Assembly: GCF_964213995.1 (NCBI RefSeq)
Contig: NW_027590156.1
Location: forward strand, 1-64,000
Direction of reading: 5' to 3'
Source of the DNA: Mustelus asterias
Taxonomy: Eukaryota
DNA: 64,000 bases
The notes beneath the pieces are model-generated. The model ran no database searches, was not told the origin of the DNA, and was given only the letters and a program-made list of their open reading frames with translations. The translations under genes and the position numbers were made by a program. Within the stretch, counting starts at the first letter, position 1; the number at the start of each line of letters is the position of its first letter. Shown piece by piece: positions 11,574 through 23,147 of this stretch.

Positions 11574-11630
11574 TCCTGGTGGTCTCGTGGTTAGGATTCG
11601 GCGCTTTCAGGGTCGCAGGCTGCGTTCGAT
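11574..11630 (+). pseudogene. 3'-truncated tRNA-Glu(TTC)
   Basis: TCCTGGTGGTCTCGTGGTTAGGATTCGGCGCTTTCA...GTTCGAT, then unrelated sequence. Confidence 0.7.
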
Positions 11631-12321
11631 ATATTAAGACTTAATTATTTTTATAAACAAACCAGCAATACTTCCTGGTCCAAAGCAGTTCTGCCAGAAT
11701 CGGTGGAGTGAGATTTGCAGTTTTGCTTCCGAGTTGGAAATGTCACACGTGCAACAGGTCAAGAACAAACACAAATAGTGAAAAACAGTGATATGATGCA
11801 AAACGCTGCCGATAGAGGTAGTGATACAAGGGAAAATCTGGGTGGTAATGGGTCAGATTTAACCGTTTGCATTGACAGAAATATCACTCATTTCTGGATA
11901 ACATTCTCGGGCTAAATTACAAGAAAACCTCTCCATGAATGAAATACTAAACTATTTGACTTCGACTGATTGCAAGCAGTTTTCATTCAGAAAGCAGTAA
12001 TTGTGAAATTTACAAAGCGGGATGGAGAAAGACTCAGTTTCAGCGGTGACACTGCGGGAGGAATGGAGAGCTGGAGTACACTGAGAAAAGCAGCAAAGTT
12101 TAAACATAACCGGAACCAACCAATGTTGCCCTTGACCGTTATTCCTTATGTCAGTTAATCCATCCCGTCTGACTCACTGTCACAGACCTTCCCTTTTATA
12201 TTCTTTACTGAGTTATTTCCGCTTGAAATACCGGAGAAAACTCAATAGTTCAACTCAAGTTTCGTGATAAACGAGGATAACTCTGTAATCCGAACCACTT
12301 TGAAACAAAGCCATCGGGAAA

Positions 12322-12395
12322 TGTTTCCACCTGGTTTCGAACCGTGGGCTTTCGAGATGCAAAGCGAGCATGATGACCACATACCAACGTGGGTA
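12322..12395 (-). pseudogene. Degenerate tRNA-Val pseudogene
   Basis: TGTTTCCACCTGGTTTCGAACC is the reverse complement of the tRNA-Val 3' half. Confidence 0.55.
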
Positions 12396-12469
12396 CTTGA
12401 TGCAGCTCCGATTTAATGGGAGAGCAACTAAACTCGTCCGACAAGCCCGTCGGTTGCTCACTTTAACAA

Positions 12470-12615
12470 AAAGAGAAAACGCTGGAAAATCACATTGTGT
12501 CTGGCAGCATCTGTCGAAGAGAAAAGAGCTGACGTTTCGGTCGGGATGACCCTTTGTCAAAGTTTTGTGTGACACATTTGCTTTCAGATTCCAGCATCCA
12601 CAGTAATTTGCTTTT
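12470..12615 (-). mobile_element. Penelope-like 3' end fragment with mutated hammerhead core
   Basis: Reverse complement TTGACAA-AG-GGTC-ATCCC-GACC-GAAA-CG-TC-AGCT; same family as 13490-14055. Confidence 0.6.
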
Positions 12616-13179
12616 ATCCAGTTGCTCACTTTACATTCTCTCTGCTGGTTCCTCGAATCAAAATGAATGATGATTCATTCCACTGCATTAAATTTTAGTA
12701 ATCACATGTTTGACCAAAGCTGTTCATAACGTTTACAGGAATTTAAGTGAAAATCGAACAGTGGGAGAATGTGATCCCCCTCCTTCATAAAAATCATATC
12801 CTAAATTTAGTGTCTTAGATTTCCCATCAAGGACACCAGCAGAAGTCATTGCTGTCAGAGCTGGTATTGGCAATGAACCAAATGAATGGAATTGGATTAG
12901 ATCACATGTCCCATTGAGTCTCCTCCCCCACTTTAAATCAAATCCGAGCTCAACAACCGCCTCATTTCAGGAATCAATTCAGTTAAATTTGGTTCCACAC
13001 AAACAGGGAGAGAAGAGATGGAACAAAAACAAAAAAGGGGAATGGATAGTTAGACTGAGAGAGGGAAGGACTGAGACAGATCTACAGAGAGAAAAGAGAA
13101 AGTGCCAGAGTGGGGTAGACACTGAACAGAACAGATACACTTCATTGTTCCATACCGTTTCAAGAAAAAAAAAACTTGA

Positions 13180-13490
13180 AGGCATTGGAAAGAGCAAATG
13201 CTACGGCTCTGAAAAATATTCTGGCAATGGTGCTGAAGAATTGCGCTTCAGAATTTGCCGCACCTTCAGCTAAGCTGTTCCTAACCTACAACACTGGCAA
13301 CAACCGCCAATGCTACAACTTGCCCAAGATTGCCCGCTTTACAAAAATCAGGTCAAATCCAACGCCCCACATTACCACCAGTCTACTCTTGATCATCAGT
13401 AATGTGACGGAAGGGACAATAAACAATGATATCAAGAGGCATTCCAATGCAAACTGGAGGAACATCCCCCGATGTCACGATTCGGATCTT
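13180..13490 (+). mobile_element. Degenerate non-LTR retrotransposon RT fragment
   Basis: NILAMVLKNCASEFAAPSAKLF...SNP...SLLLIISNVTEG resembles the LINE ORF2 pre-RT region. Confidence 0.6.
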
Positions 13491-14055
13491 ACTGCATTCC
13501 AGACTTAACACTGAGTTCAACAACTTCAGAGCATCTCCTTTCCTCCATCTTCATCCCATTTCCATTTATTTTGTTTTATTTAATTTTATGCAATTTATTT
13601 TTATTAATTAATATTTTTTCTTTTATATCTATATTTATTTTTTTGATTTCCATGTTTTGCACTGTTTATTTAAAATCTCACTTTCCATCTTGTTGCCCCC
13701 TCTCCCTCCACCCCACTCGGGCCAACTCTTACATTTCCTTTGTTCTGCCATTTGCACATTCTGATCTCTAAATGCGCAGCCTGCAGCTCCCTTCTCAGCC
13801 ATGGTCACCACCATTTAATTTGTTTTTTGTTTTTCTTGATTGATATGTGACACCTTTGCCACCCACCCCTCACCCATATCCCTCACCATTACAGTATAAA
13901 TTTCGTCCACGTTTCTTTGTCTTCAGCTCTGACGAAGGTCATCCTGACTTTGAACGTTAGCTCTATTCTCTCTTCACAGAGGCTTTCAGACCTGTTGAGA
14001 TTTTCTGGCATTTTTTGACCTTGTTTCAGATTCCAGCATCCGCAGTAAATTTGTT
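13490..14055 (+). mobile_element. Penelope-like element 3' end (GIY-YIG C-terminus remnant plus UTR with hammerhead-like motif at 13925-13962)
   Basis: SRLNTEFNNFR resembles the PxGLNxEF end of PLE ORFs; AGCT-CTGACGA-AGGTCA-TCC-TGACTT-TGAA-CG-TT-AGCT. Confidence 0.65.
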
Positions 14056-14175
14056 TATATCAAGAGGCTCTTGTCAGACGGACTTGTCCCTGGAATACAA
14101 AAAAACCCCGCTGAAATTGAAAAAAATGCGCCAAGTTACCATAGATAGGCGAGATTCAAACCATTGCAGGCAGTT

Positions 14176-14246
14176 TCCCTGGTGGTCAATGGTTAGGATT
14201 TGTTGTTTTCACCATTGCGGCCCGAGTTCGATTCCCGGTCAGAAAA
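14176..14246 (+). pseudogene. tRNA-Glu(TTC) pseudogene
   Basis: TCCCTGGTGGTCAATGGTTAGGATT...TTTCACC...GTTCGATTCCCGGTCAG; acceptor and anticodon stems mismatched. Confidence 0.75.
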
Positions 14247-14451
14247 TGAAGATTTATTGTTTTCTTGCAGAACATGATGCAAGTGGAGTTGCAATTACTT
14301 CTTGATCGAAAGCATGAGTGATATTGCTGCCATTTTCAACAGCAGAGAGAAAAATCCGCCCCATTCCACAAGCTCGTCAATTACCCACAGCAATTTGTAC
14401 TTGCATCGCCTCTTTTGGTTCCTACAGTCAAAATTAACAATGAAACATTCT

Positions 14452-14753
14452 TGTAGAATCCCTACAGTACAGAAGGAGACCGTTCGGCCCATCGGGTCCG
14501 CACTGACAACAATCCCACCCACGCCCTATTCCCGGAAACCCACATATTTACCCTGATAATCCCGCTGACACGAGGGTCAATTTAGCATGGCCAAGCAACC
14601 GAAATCGCACATCTTTGGAAAGGAAACCGGAGCACACGGAGGAAACCCCCGCAGACAAGGTGCAAACTCCGCACAGGCAGTGACCTGAGGAATTTAACCT
14701 GAGCCAATGGCGCTTTGGGGCATCATTGCTAACCACTGTGCCACCATGCCGTC
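14452..14753 (-). mobile_element. HE1-like V-SINE, diverged
   Basis: tRNA-derived head (CTAACCACTGTGCCACC on +), V-core and CR1-type tail. Confidence 0.85.
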
Positions 14754-15081
14754 CTTTTCTAATGCATTTAATTTTACTGCAGTGTTAGTATCAACCTGTG
14801 ATAAACCGTCTTGTGGTAATTCTGCTGAACAACATTAACTTATCACTGTTAATGGAAATGGGTTCCAACCCCAAGTTAGGCGGCACTGTTTTTAAACTTT
14901 GCTGCTTTTCTGGGTGAAATCCAGCTCTCCATTTCTCCGGCAGCGTCAACGCTCAAACTGACACCAGATGACAGTACAGCCGGTAAAACTTGAGAGCTAT
15001 TTTTACTGACGCCCACGGACCCATTGCCAACCCGCAACTGTTTGCTTTTGAAGGATCATGGTAAGGAAACAGTACAAGCTC

Positions 15082-15155
15082 CGTCCCTGGGTGGTCTGGA
15101 CCCACCAACCTTTCGGTTAACAGTCGAACGCGCTGACCAATTGCACCACAGAGAC
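15082..15155 (-). tRNA. tRNA-Asn-GTT: tRNA-Asn(GTT), probable pseudogene (B box mutated)
   Basis: GTCTCTGTGGTGCAATTGGTCAGCGCGTTCGACTGTTAACCGAAAGGTTGGTGGGTCCAGACCACCCAGGGACG; GTTCGA is changed to GGTCCA. Confidence 0.8.
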
Positions 15156-16099
15156 TGATACAGCAGCTGTTAACGATATTCTAATCCACGGTGTCAATGA
15201 TCACAATTCTATTTCTGCGAAACCTGTTCCAGAACTACAGCATCACCGCACCATTTACAAGTCTACACAAGTCTCTTTGTGCATTTCGAATCCGTAATAT
15301 TGCTGTGGTGTAGCGGTTATACCCTTTCTCCTATGAACGTGCAGCTAAAATGAATCCATGTCTCTTGTCAGAGGGAGGAATTCAACGGGAGGGAAGGGAA
15401 CTGACCACCAGAAGCCCAAGGATCCAATACTTTCGATACAATCATCAATAACACCATTCACAACTGCATCTCCTTCCAATATTATGATCCGTTTCCCTCA
15501 GGATTTGTTCCACAATTTAATATTTTCTTTGTTCTCTCCTCATTTTGAAATGACAGGCGCTTCAATGTACAACACAAACACAACCTGACGGACGAACAGT
15601 GGGAGACAGGTCTCTGGGTAACACAAATCCCAGGGTGCCCATTTTCAGATTCACAACAGTCAGATTTTCAGCCAAATGAAGGAATTTATCACTGAAAAGT
15701 TTTGGAAAGTTGCTGTAAATGTTGTTTGTGACTCGCTCGGGTATTATGTAAATGCTACTCGAATGCTCAGTGAGTGGGCGATAATCTATCTGCGATTTGA
15801 TGAGTCTCTGATCGGTATATTGTGACGTTTTACCTGGGTTGGAGTATTCTGTGTCCCTGGCATGGGCAGTAACTCCCTGATTGAAGCTGCAGTTGCCACT
15901 TACCACTTTCTGCTGTCTGTGGGCGATTGGAGAGTGCGGGGTAAGATCCTGCTGCCTGTCCCTGTCTTACTCATTGTGGAAGAGAGAATCTTTGATGGGT
16001 TTGTTCCCCTCTCTGAAATGTGGCGTCAAATGACTGTTATTAATGGAGGTGACGCTGTGGTAGCCTTTAATATTCTGACACAAATGCGTAGGGCGCAGT

Positions 16100-16194
16100 G
16101 CCCCAGTGGCGCAATCGGTTAGCGCATGGTGTTTATACAGCAGTGCGTCCTGCGGGCTATGCCCAGGTTTTAAATTCGAGCCTCACCTGACGCG
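16100..16194 (+). pseudogene. Intron-containing tRNA-Ile(TAT) pseudogene
   Basis: GCCCCAGTGGCGCAATCGGTTAGCGC...TTATA[intron]ATGCC...TTCGAGCCTCACCTG; stems mismatched. Confidence 0.75.
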
Positions 16195-16235
16195 CAGATG
16201 CTTTAGGTCGGGCGAGTTATCGCTCGACCAGCTAA

Positions 16236-16579
16236 TCATAGAAGCATAGAAACCCTACAGTGCAGAAGGAGGCCATTCGGCCCATCGAGTCTGCACCGAC
16301 CACAATCCCACCCAGGCCCTACCCCCACATATTTTACCCGCTAATTCCTCTCACCTACGCATCCCAGGACTCTAAGGGGCAATTTTTTTAACCTGGCCAA
16401 TCAACCTAACCCGCACATCTTTGGACTGTGGGAGGAAACCGGAGCACCCGGAGGAAACCCACGCAGACACGAGGAGAATGTGCAAACTCCACACAGACAG
16501 TGACCCGAGCCGGGAATCGAACCCGGGACCCTGGAGCTGTGAAGCAGCAGTGCTAACCACTGTGCTACCGTGCCGCCCC
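16236..16579 (-). mobile_element. Full-length young HE1-like V-SINE
   Basis: GGGCGGCACGGTAGCACAGTGGTTAGCACTGCTG head, B box GGTTCGATTCC, V-core and CR1-like tail. Confidence 0.92.
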
Positions 16580-17387
16580 TTTTATTATGGGGACCAGCCA
16601 GGACAGCTGGTGGGATTTGAATACAATACGAAAAATCTGGAATTGAGAACCATTGATGACCATGAAAGCATTTTCGATTGTTGAAGGAACCCATATGATT
16701 CACCAATGTATTTTTGGAAGGAAATCTGCCCTTCTGACCTGGCCTAGCCTGCATGTGACTACAGAGCCACAGCAATATGGTTGCATCTCAACTCGGGTTG
16801 GGCAGTGAATGATGGCCAGCGACGGCAATGTTTCAGGAATGAACAAATGAAAAAGCCCGAATGTGCAAGTTTGAGAGAAACTTTCTGAACTGTCAGAGGT
16901 GGAAACGGTAACCAGTTCGAGATATTCTGTCGGGTTTGAGTGTGTACAGAAATGGGGAAGGGAAAATGCAACTCTGTGTAAGATACTGTATTCAGCAATT
17001 TCCTCTCACTCAGGTTAAAAATAAGTATAAATGTTTCCACCCGTTTTGGAACTGGGAACCTTTCATGTTTCAGATGAATGTGATAATCACTACACTACAA
17101 AAACGATGCTCGACAACTGACTGGAATTCGAACCGCGCTGTCTGACTGTACTTCAGAGTCATGTATTCTCTGTTTCTGAAGTGTGGTGTTTAATAAATTC
17201 ACCTAACACGTTAATGGTTCCCTGTGTGAAATAGGACAACAACAGTGTTCAAATTTCCTCATCTCTCAGTGTGAGGAAAAGTTACCTAATTTCCGTTTGT
17301 TATTAAATATTGACAGAAAACATTATCTCTCAGCCTAACTGCAGTTGCATTTCCAAGTGTTAAATAATATTCTGCAAAATGCTCAGT

Positions 17388-17647
17388 TAAAGTAAAGTTT
17401 ATTTATTAGCTACAAGTAAGGCTTACACTGCAATGAAGACACTGTGAAATTCCTTAGTCGCGAGCCTCCGGCGCCTGTTGGGGTCAATGCACATAACCAG
17501 CACGTCTTTCAGGCTGTGAGAAGAAACCCACGCAGACACGGGGCGAACGTACAAGCGCCACACAGACAATAACTAAAGCTGGGAATTGAACCTGGGTCTT
17601 TAGCGCTGTGAGATAGCAGTGCTGACCACTGTACCACCGTGCCGCCC
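17388..17647 (-). mobile_element. V-SINE, second subfamily (AATAAA tail)
   Basis: Same head and core, different tail (…GCCTTACTTGTAGCTAATAAATAAA). Confidence 0.8.
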
Positions 17648-17860
17648 GAGACATGGCAAAAGAGAAAAAAGGCGCAAATGTCATTTTATGATTCTAATGT
17701 GAGATGAATTTCTCTGCCGCATCAAAAAAGGGTATTGAGCCGAATTGTACTTCCACAAATCAGGTTGTGAAGTTAAATCAGACTGCACGGTTTGACCTTC
17801 TAGACCAGCCGCTTTTGTCCTCAGCGGATTTTCTGTATTGAAGGTGTTATCACATTCTAT

Positions 17861-18056
17861 TCATAGAAACATAGAAACATAGAAACCCTACAGTGCAGAA
17901 GGAGGCCATTCGGCCCATCGAGTCTGCACCGACCACAATCCCACCCAGGCCCTACCCCCACATATTTTACCCGCTAATCCCCCCTCTAACCTACGCATCC
18001 CAGGACTCTAAGGGACAATTTTTAACCTGGCCAATCAACCTAACCCGCACATCTTT
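17861..18056 (-). mobile_element. HE1-like V-SINE 3' half
   Basis: Nearly identical to 16236-16425. Confidence 0.9.
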
Positions 18057-19363
18057 GCACATATTTGCGCAGGTCCCAGGCAATAAACGGGGCAGAAACG
18101 TTATCAAAACTCACTGCTCTGAAGTTTCCGAATTCCAGTTTATGGTTAAATGTGAACTGAAAAGGGGATCAATCAAAATATTGACAAACATTGGTCTTCA
18201 CCATTTCTTAGAAAACTTATGCAGCTAAATCGCCAGTGCTTTTTGCCGGCAGGGGTGTTTGGAGAGTGGGGGAGACTGAAATATTGCAGCTTTTCCCTGT
18301 CTCATTAACTGTGTAACTGAGTAAGAGAGAATAATTTATGGGTTGGTGAGAATGGAATAATTGAACGGATTTCTAATGGGTTAGCTGCAGATACAAGTTA
18401 AGTCCAATAGTCAGAGACCCCCCATTGCAGACACATCCATGTCATCGGGAACCGGCTCTCCAACAACCGGCGCCGTCTCCATTCAAGCCTTTCGGTGTCT
18501 TGTCTGAAACCAAATATTCTGACTGTTCCGAAATTGATATTCGGTTTGAATTGCTGATGTGCAGTAACGAGAATCCTTTCAATGTCTCTGATCAGTTAAT
18601 TTTACTGAAAACATCAGAGTCAACGTTCCAGCCTCTTAAAGAATGGAAGGTTGCCTTGATTGTCTCTGCTCAGTCAGTCAACCCTTCAATCTCCTCTGAT
18701 TCCAGTTCCCAAACAGTTTCTAAAGATTCGCAAAGCTGGGGCAGTGTTTTCTGGTTTGCTTCCTGCTCCATTTTCCCCATCTGCCAACTGACAATATTTT
18801 CCAAAATCTCCGCTCAATCCTCCGCCTTTCCAGGGATGAGGAAATTCAGTTTTGTGGTGAGGTTATAGAGACCGGGTTTGTACTCTTGAGAGCAAAGTTA
18901 GTTAAGCAGAGATTTCACGGAGCTGCGGGGAGAATTGGATGATTTGGAGAACTCCTCCAAGGAAACATAGATACGCCGGATGACCAATTTGCCTTTCAAA
19001 GATTCTATGGTTCTCCTTGCTTCATGTCGCAGTCGCTTTATTTATTGTTAGACACCCTGAAAAGTGAGTAGGCGCAGGATGATAAGAGACTTCTGTAGTT
19101 TCAACTGGTTCTATTTCCGCCCAACAGTTCCGAGTGCCGCTGAGAGTCACCGCACGCGTCACTCAATATTGAATCTGCGGTACCCCGCCCACAGCTTCCG
19201 TTTGCTGCTCTCACTCTGACCCGATTGTGTGATTGGACAGATTGCTGAAGTTGCGCCATTCCTCTCATTGAGGTTGGATGAGCAGTGCAATGGGACGGGG
19301 ATCTGTGTTTCTGTCTCTGACGGAGGATTCCTCTCACTGCTGAGTTACAGACTGAGGAGGATC

Positions 19364-19696
19364 ATGGAAAACTGTCTCGCTCAGATCCTCATCATTATTT
19401 CAGTCCTCAGAAAGTTTTTTTCCTTCCCAGTAAAACTACATGCTCCTCCTGACTGCTGCAACCCAGATGTTATTGTTGCTAAAGCAACAGTGATGGTGGA
19501 GATGATAATTGTATCGCTCAACATGAGGCTGACTCTGATTCTCATTATTGTTGTTATTTCTGTTAGAATGGAGCCACCAAGACAAAGTGGAACAACTGGG
19601 TCCTGAAATATCTGTTAAGGAGGAAAGTAACGTGACACTAACCTGCACCTTGGAAACTAGCCATTCTAATCCTTATGTGTACTGTTATAGTCAGTG
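19364..19696 (+). pseudogene. TCR alpha/delta-type V pseudogene, 3'-truncated (leader + FR1/CDR1)
   Basis: Leader MENCLAQILIIISVLR (phase-1 GT donor lost); acceptor at 19566; EWSHQDKVEQLGPEISVKEESNVTLTCTLETSHSNPYVYCYSQ (conserved Trp changed to Cys); ends at a G-run. Confidence 0.8.
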
Positions 19697-19829
19697 GAGG
19701 GGGCGTGGGGGGGGGGCGGGGGTGATGGTATAGGGACACAATGAAGTCCTTTTATTTACGACGCGAAACAGATAGTATTTTTATTTAGTTTAATGTTTCT
19801 TTGCGTTCATACAGGGCATTGTGTATTTT

Positions 19830-20040
19830 TGAGCACGCACCACTATTAGACATGTTTCAGATGGTGATTAACTATGTTAATCTGCACCTATTAAACCAAC
19901 TAAATTCTGTTGTAAACTGCAGCAGATGCTAATATGTGCACGGTGTCAAAGTGGGAACGTTTCTTTCCTGACATTGCGTCATAAAATTCAGCATTTCTGA
20001 TTTTGGGGAAAGCATTTGAGGCCGAGGTCATTGCACTCAA
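19830..20040 (-). repeat. Inverted copy of part of the tRNA-Val array spacer unit
   Basis: Reverse complement matches 33955-34145 and 36225-36430. Confidence 0.75.
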
Positions 20041-20601
20041 CAGCAAATTTCAAAGCTATCTATGTAGAAAACAACTCGCATTCAATTTCACAGGAGTCCT
20101 AAAATCTACAGGTTGCATCACAGTAACAATAATACAAATCAGGAAAGATTTGGCAGAAACATATTTTGAACATATAATGAATACATTGAATCTCCAGAAA
20201 GAAAGCCATTTACCACTCAGCACCAACAGAGCATCACGTATTCATGACCACTGCAGCTAATCAATCAAGAAGTCGCATGGCACTGGGGAATGGGTACTTT
20301 CATTATTCTCATCATAAGTCACCAATTCAGAAATCTGCAAACATCCTTATAATTTGCCTTACTTGTTAGGAGACCACTATGTTTGTTTTGGACTCTGTTA
20401 CATTGATCAAATTGCATTGTAAATGATGACCACTCTCTGCATAACCAACTGTGCCCTGACCTGTGCCCCAAATTTAAACTTATTTAAATGAACCAGTGGC
20501 CTGATGCTCTACAATCGCAGTTCAATCGAGTAGATGTTTCAGGATAAACCTTTCCCATATCAGATTGTACTTTATATTGTTGACTTCATATATTCCTTGA
20601 A

Positions 20602-21425
20602 TCCCTGTGCCCTCTAGTTTTAGACTCCCCTACCTTTGGGAAAAAATATTGACTATCTCGATGAACCATGCCCCTCATTATTTTATAGACCTCTATAAGA
20701 TCACCCCTCGGCCTTCTACGTTCCAGAGAAAAATGTCCCAGTCTATCCAGCCTCTCCTTATAGCTCAAACCATCAAGTCTCGGTAGCATCCTAGTAAATC
20801 TTTCCTGCACTCTTTCTAGTTTAATAATATATTTCTATAATAGGGTGAACAGAACTGTACACAGTATTCCAAGTGTAGCCTTACCAATGTCTTGTACAAC
20901 TTCAACAAGACGTTCCAACCCCTGTATTCAATGTTCTGAGCAATGAAACCACGCACGCTGAATGTCTTCTTCACCACTCTGTCCACCTGTGGCTCCACTT
21001 TCAAGGAGCTATGAACCTGTACCTCTAGATCCCTTTGCTCTGTAACTCTTCTCAATGACCTACCATTAACTGAGTAAGTCCTGCCCTGGTTCAATCTACC
21101 AAAATGCATAACCTCGCATTTATCTAAAGTAAACTCCATCTGCCATTCGTGAGCCCACTGGCCCAATTTATCAAGATCCCGTTGCAATCCGAGATAACCT
21201 TCTTCACTGTCCACTGTGCCACCAATCTTCGTGTCATCTGCAAACTTCCTAAACATGCCTCCTTTTTTCTCACCTAAATAATTAATATAAATGACAAATA
21301 ACAGTGGACCCAGCACTGATCCCTGAGGCACAACGCTGGTCACAGGCCTCCAGTTTAAAAAACAACCCTCTACAACCGACCTGTGGCTTCTGTCATCAAG
21401 CCAATTTTGTATCCATTTTTAGCTA
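20602..21425 (-). mobile_element. CR1 LINE RT fragment
   Basis: VPQGSVLGPLLF, KFADDTK and LEYCVQF motifs in ORF 20816-21343. Confidence 0.92.
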
Positions 21426-21841
21426 CCTCCTACAGAGCGACATTAGCTACATAGAAGCGACTTTTAAAAACATATGCTTTATTTTCATAACTATCAGTAT
21501 CTTTCCGCACTATAAACACGGGCTGTGTGTCTGGATGTTGTCGGTACCAGTACAGCCTATAGTCGCTCTCTGCTCCTTGAAAGTGGAGTCACAGGTGGAC
21601 AGAGTGGTGAAGAAGACATTCAGCGTGCTTGGTTTCATTGCTACACGTTAAAAACACGATCTCGCCTTCTCTCTTAACATCTGATGTGAGCGGCTGGGTG
21701 ACAGAATCTCCATGTCTCAAATATGGAAATAACAACACAGAAAATGGTCAGAAGGGCGTATGATTAATTTGTGGTCTGGAACCAAGCTTGGGAAACGTGT
21801 GAAACAGTGCAATGTTTTTTGCACGTAATTACCTGTCAGGA

Positions 21842-22097
21842 ATGATCCCCACAGCAGCTGCATTGCCGCTGTCGCTCTGTAAAAGGGGAGCTGCGTGTTT
21901 GATTTTATCCGGTCTAATCCCAGCCTTCAATAATCAGCTTCCTTTTTCGTATGTTCTCAGCTCCCTCCCTTCTGTCTCCAGTGGTGCTGTGTGACACCCA
22001 GGTGGTGAGATAACAGACAGTAACCAGACGCACCGTGAGCTGGATTAACATAATCATCCTTACAGAGAGAACTTACACATTTAGCGATTGACTTGGG
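21842..22097 (+). pseudogene. Leader + N-terminal V fragment resembling an IgNAR/NAR-TCR V domain, truncated by a LINE
   Basis: ATG 21842 MIPTAAALPLSL-T|GT (21879), 103-bp intron, polypyrimidine-CAG acceptor (21981), then VLCDTQVVR*QTVTRRT..INI.ILTERTYTFSD..W. Confidence 0.55.
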
Positions 22098-22847
22098 GAA
22101 GAATGTAGAAAAATGGGGTACAGGAACATGGGAACAGCAGTAGGCCATTCTGTCCTTCGATTCTGCTTCGTCATTCAGTTAGATCAGGGCTGACCAGCCT
22201 GAACGCCACTTTCCCGCGCTATCTGCATAGCGCTTAATGCCATTCGGCTTCCAAAAGCTGTTGATTTTTTTGAACATGCTCAATAATTGACATTCCACAA
22301 AAAACCCTTATTTTCTTACTGTGACCCGGAAGCTAATGGAGGCTAAATAGTTCTGTCCTTGTTTTTTTTTTCTCAATACGTCCATTAGCCTTATTATCAG
22401 GACAGTTTTAACAGTGATTCCAGTGAATTTTTTCTGTGTGTGGGACATGGATACCACTAGTTGTCCATCGGTAGTTGAGATCAACCACATTGTTTTGGCT
22501 TTGGAGTCACGTGTAGGCCAGACCAGGTAAGGACGGCAGATTTCATTCCCCAAAGTACATGAGTGAACAAAGTGGGTTTTTCCGACAATCGACAATGGCT
22601 TCATGGTCGTCAGTAGATTCTTAGTTGTCGATATTGTTTTCATTGAATCGGGTCCGCGCAACATTCACTGAGTTTCTGGATTAATAGTCTCAGGATAATA
22701 CCCCCTCGGCCATCGCCTCTCCTGTTGTGAGTATCAGCAATACCGAAAATGTATAGAAGCACCACAGAGTGAATCATGCTCTATTTATAGCCCAATATTA
22801 TTACCATTCTCTGGTCCGTTCATCTTGTCACTCTGGGGCAATGTTTT

Positions 22848-22886
22848 TTTTTTCATACCAGGCTCCCTCTGGTTTCTGTCATTGCG
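22848..22886 (-). promoter_or_regulatory. Degenerate 23-bp-spacer recombination signal sequence
   Basis: CGCAATG + ACAGAAACCAGAGGGAGCCTGGT (23) + ATGAAAAAA; the CAC is mutated to CGC. Confidence 0.8.
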
Positions 22887-23140
22887 TCTCTCAGTCCACA
22901 GTAATACACCGCGCTGTCCGACAGCCACAGCTCACACATGCTGAAGTTCCCCTCGCTTTTCGACCTCTCGATATATGCAGAAAATAGTGTTCCCACGCCC
23001 TTTGCACTGGAAATATCTCCATAATAAGAGATATAGATCAAGAAGATGGGGGCTTTCTCCGTTCTTTTTGCTGGGAACCTTCTCCCGGTCCTGGCGATAC
23101 AATTGAATGTAATATGCACCAGCTGCTATGCAGTTAACCT
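22887..23140 (-). pseudogene. TCR alpha/delta-type V pseudogene, 5' part removed at a CR1 insertion
   Basis: NC..AYYIQLYRQ (W>L), frameshift, then EKAPIFLIYISYYG...LSDSAVYYCGLR followed by the RSS. Confidence 0.88.
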
Positions 23141-23147
23141 ATTGGTC

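Noticed and set aside
16540-16575. CACAGTG/CACTGTG heptamers in SINE heads
   Set aside because: Part of the tRNA-derived A box, with no properly spaced nonamer
18425-18868. 147-aa ORF in unique sequence
   Set aside because: No recognisable domain on either strand and no clear exon boundaries
21755-21800. J-segment-like LWSGTKL
   Set aside because: FG is replaced by LW and there is no upstream nonamer-12-heptamer; likely chance
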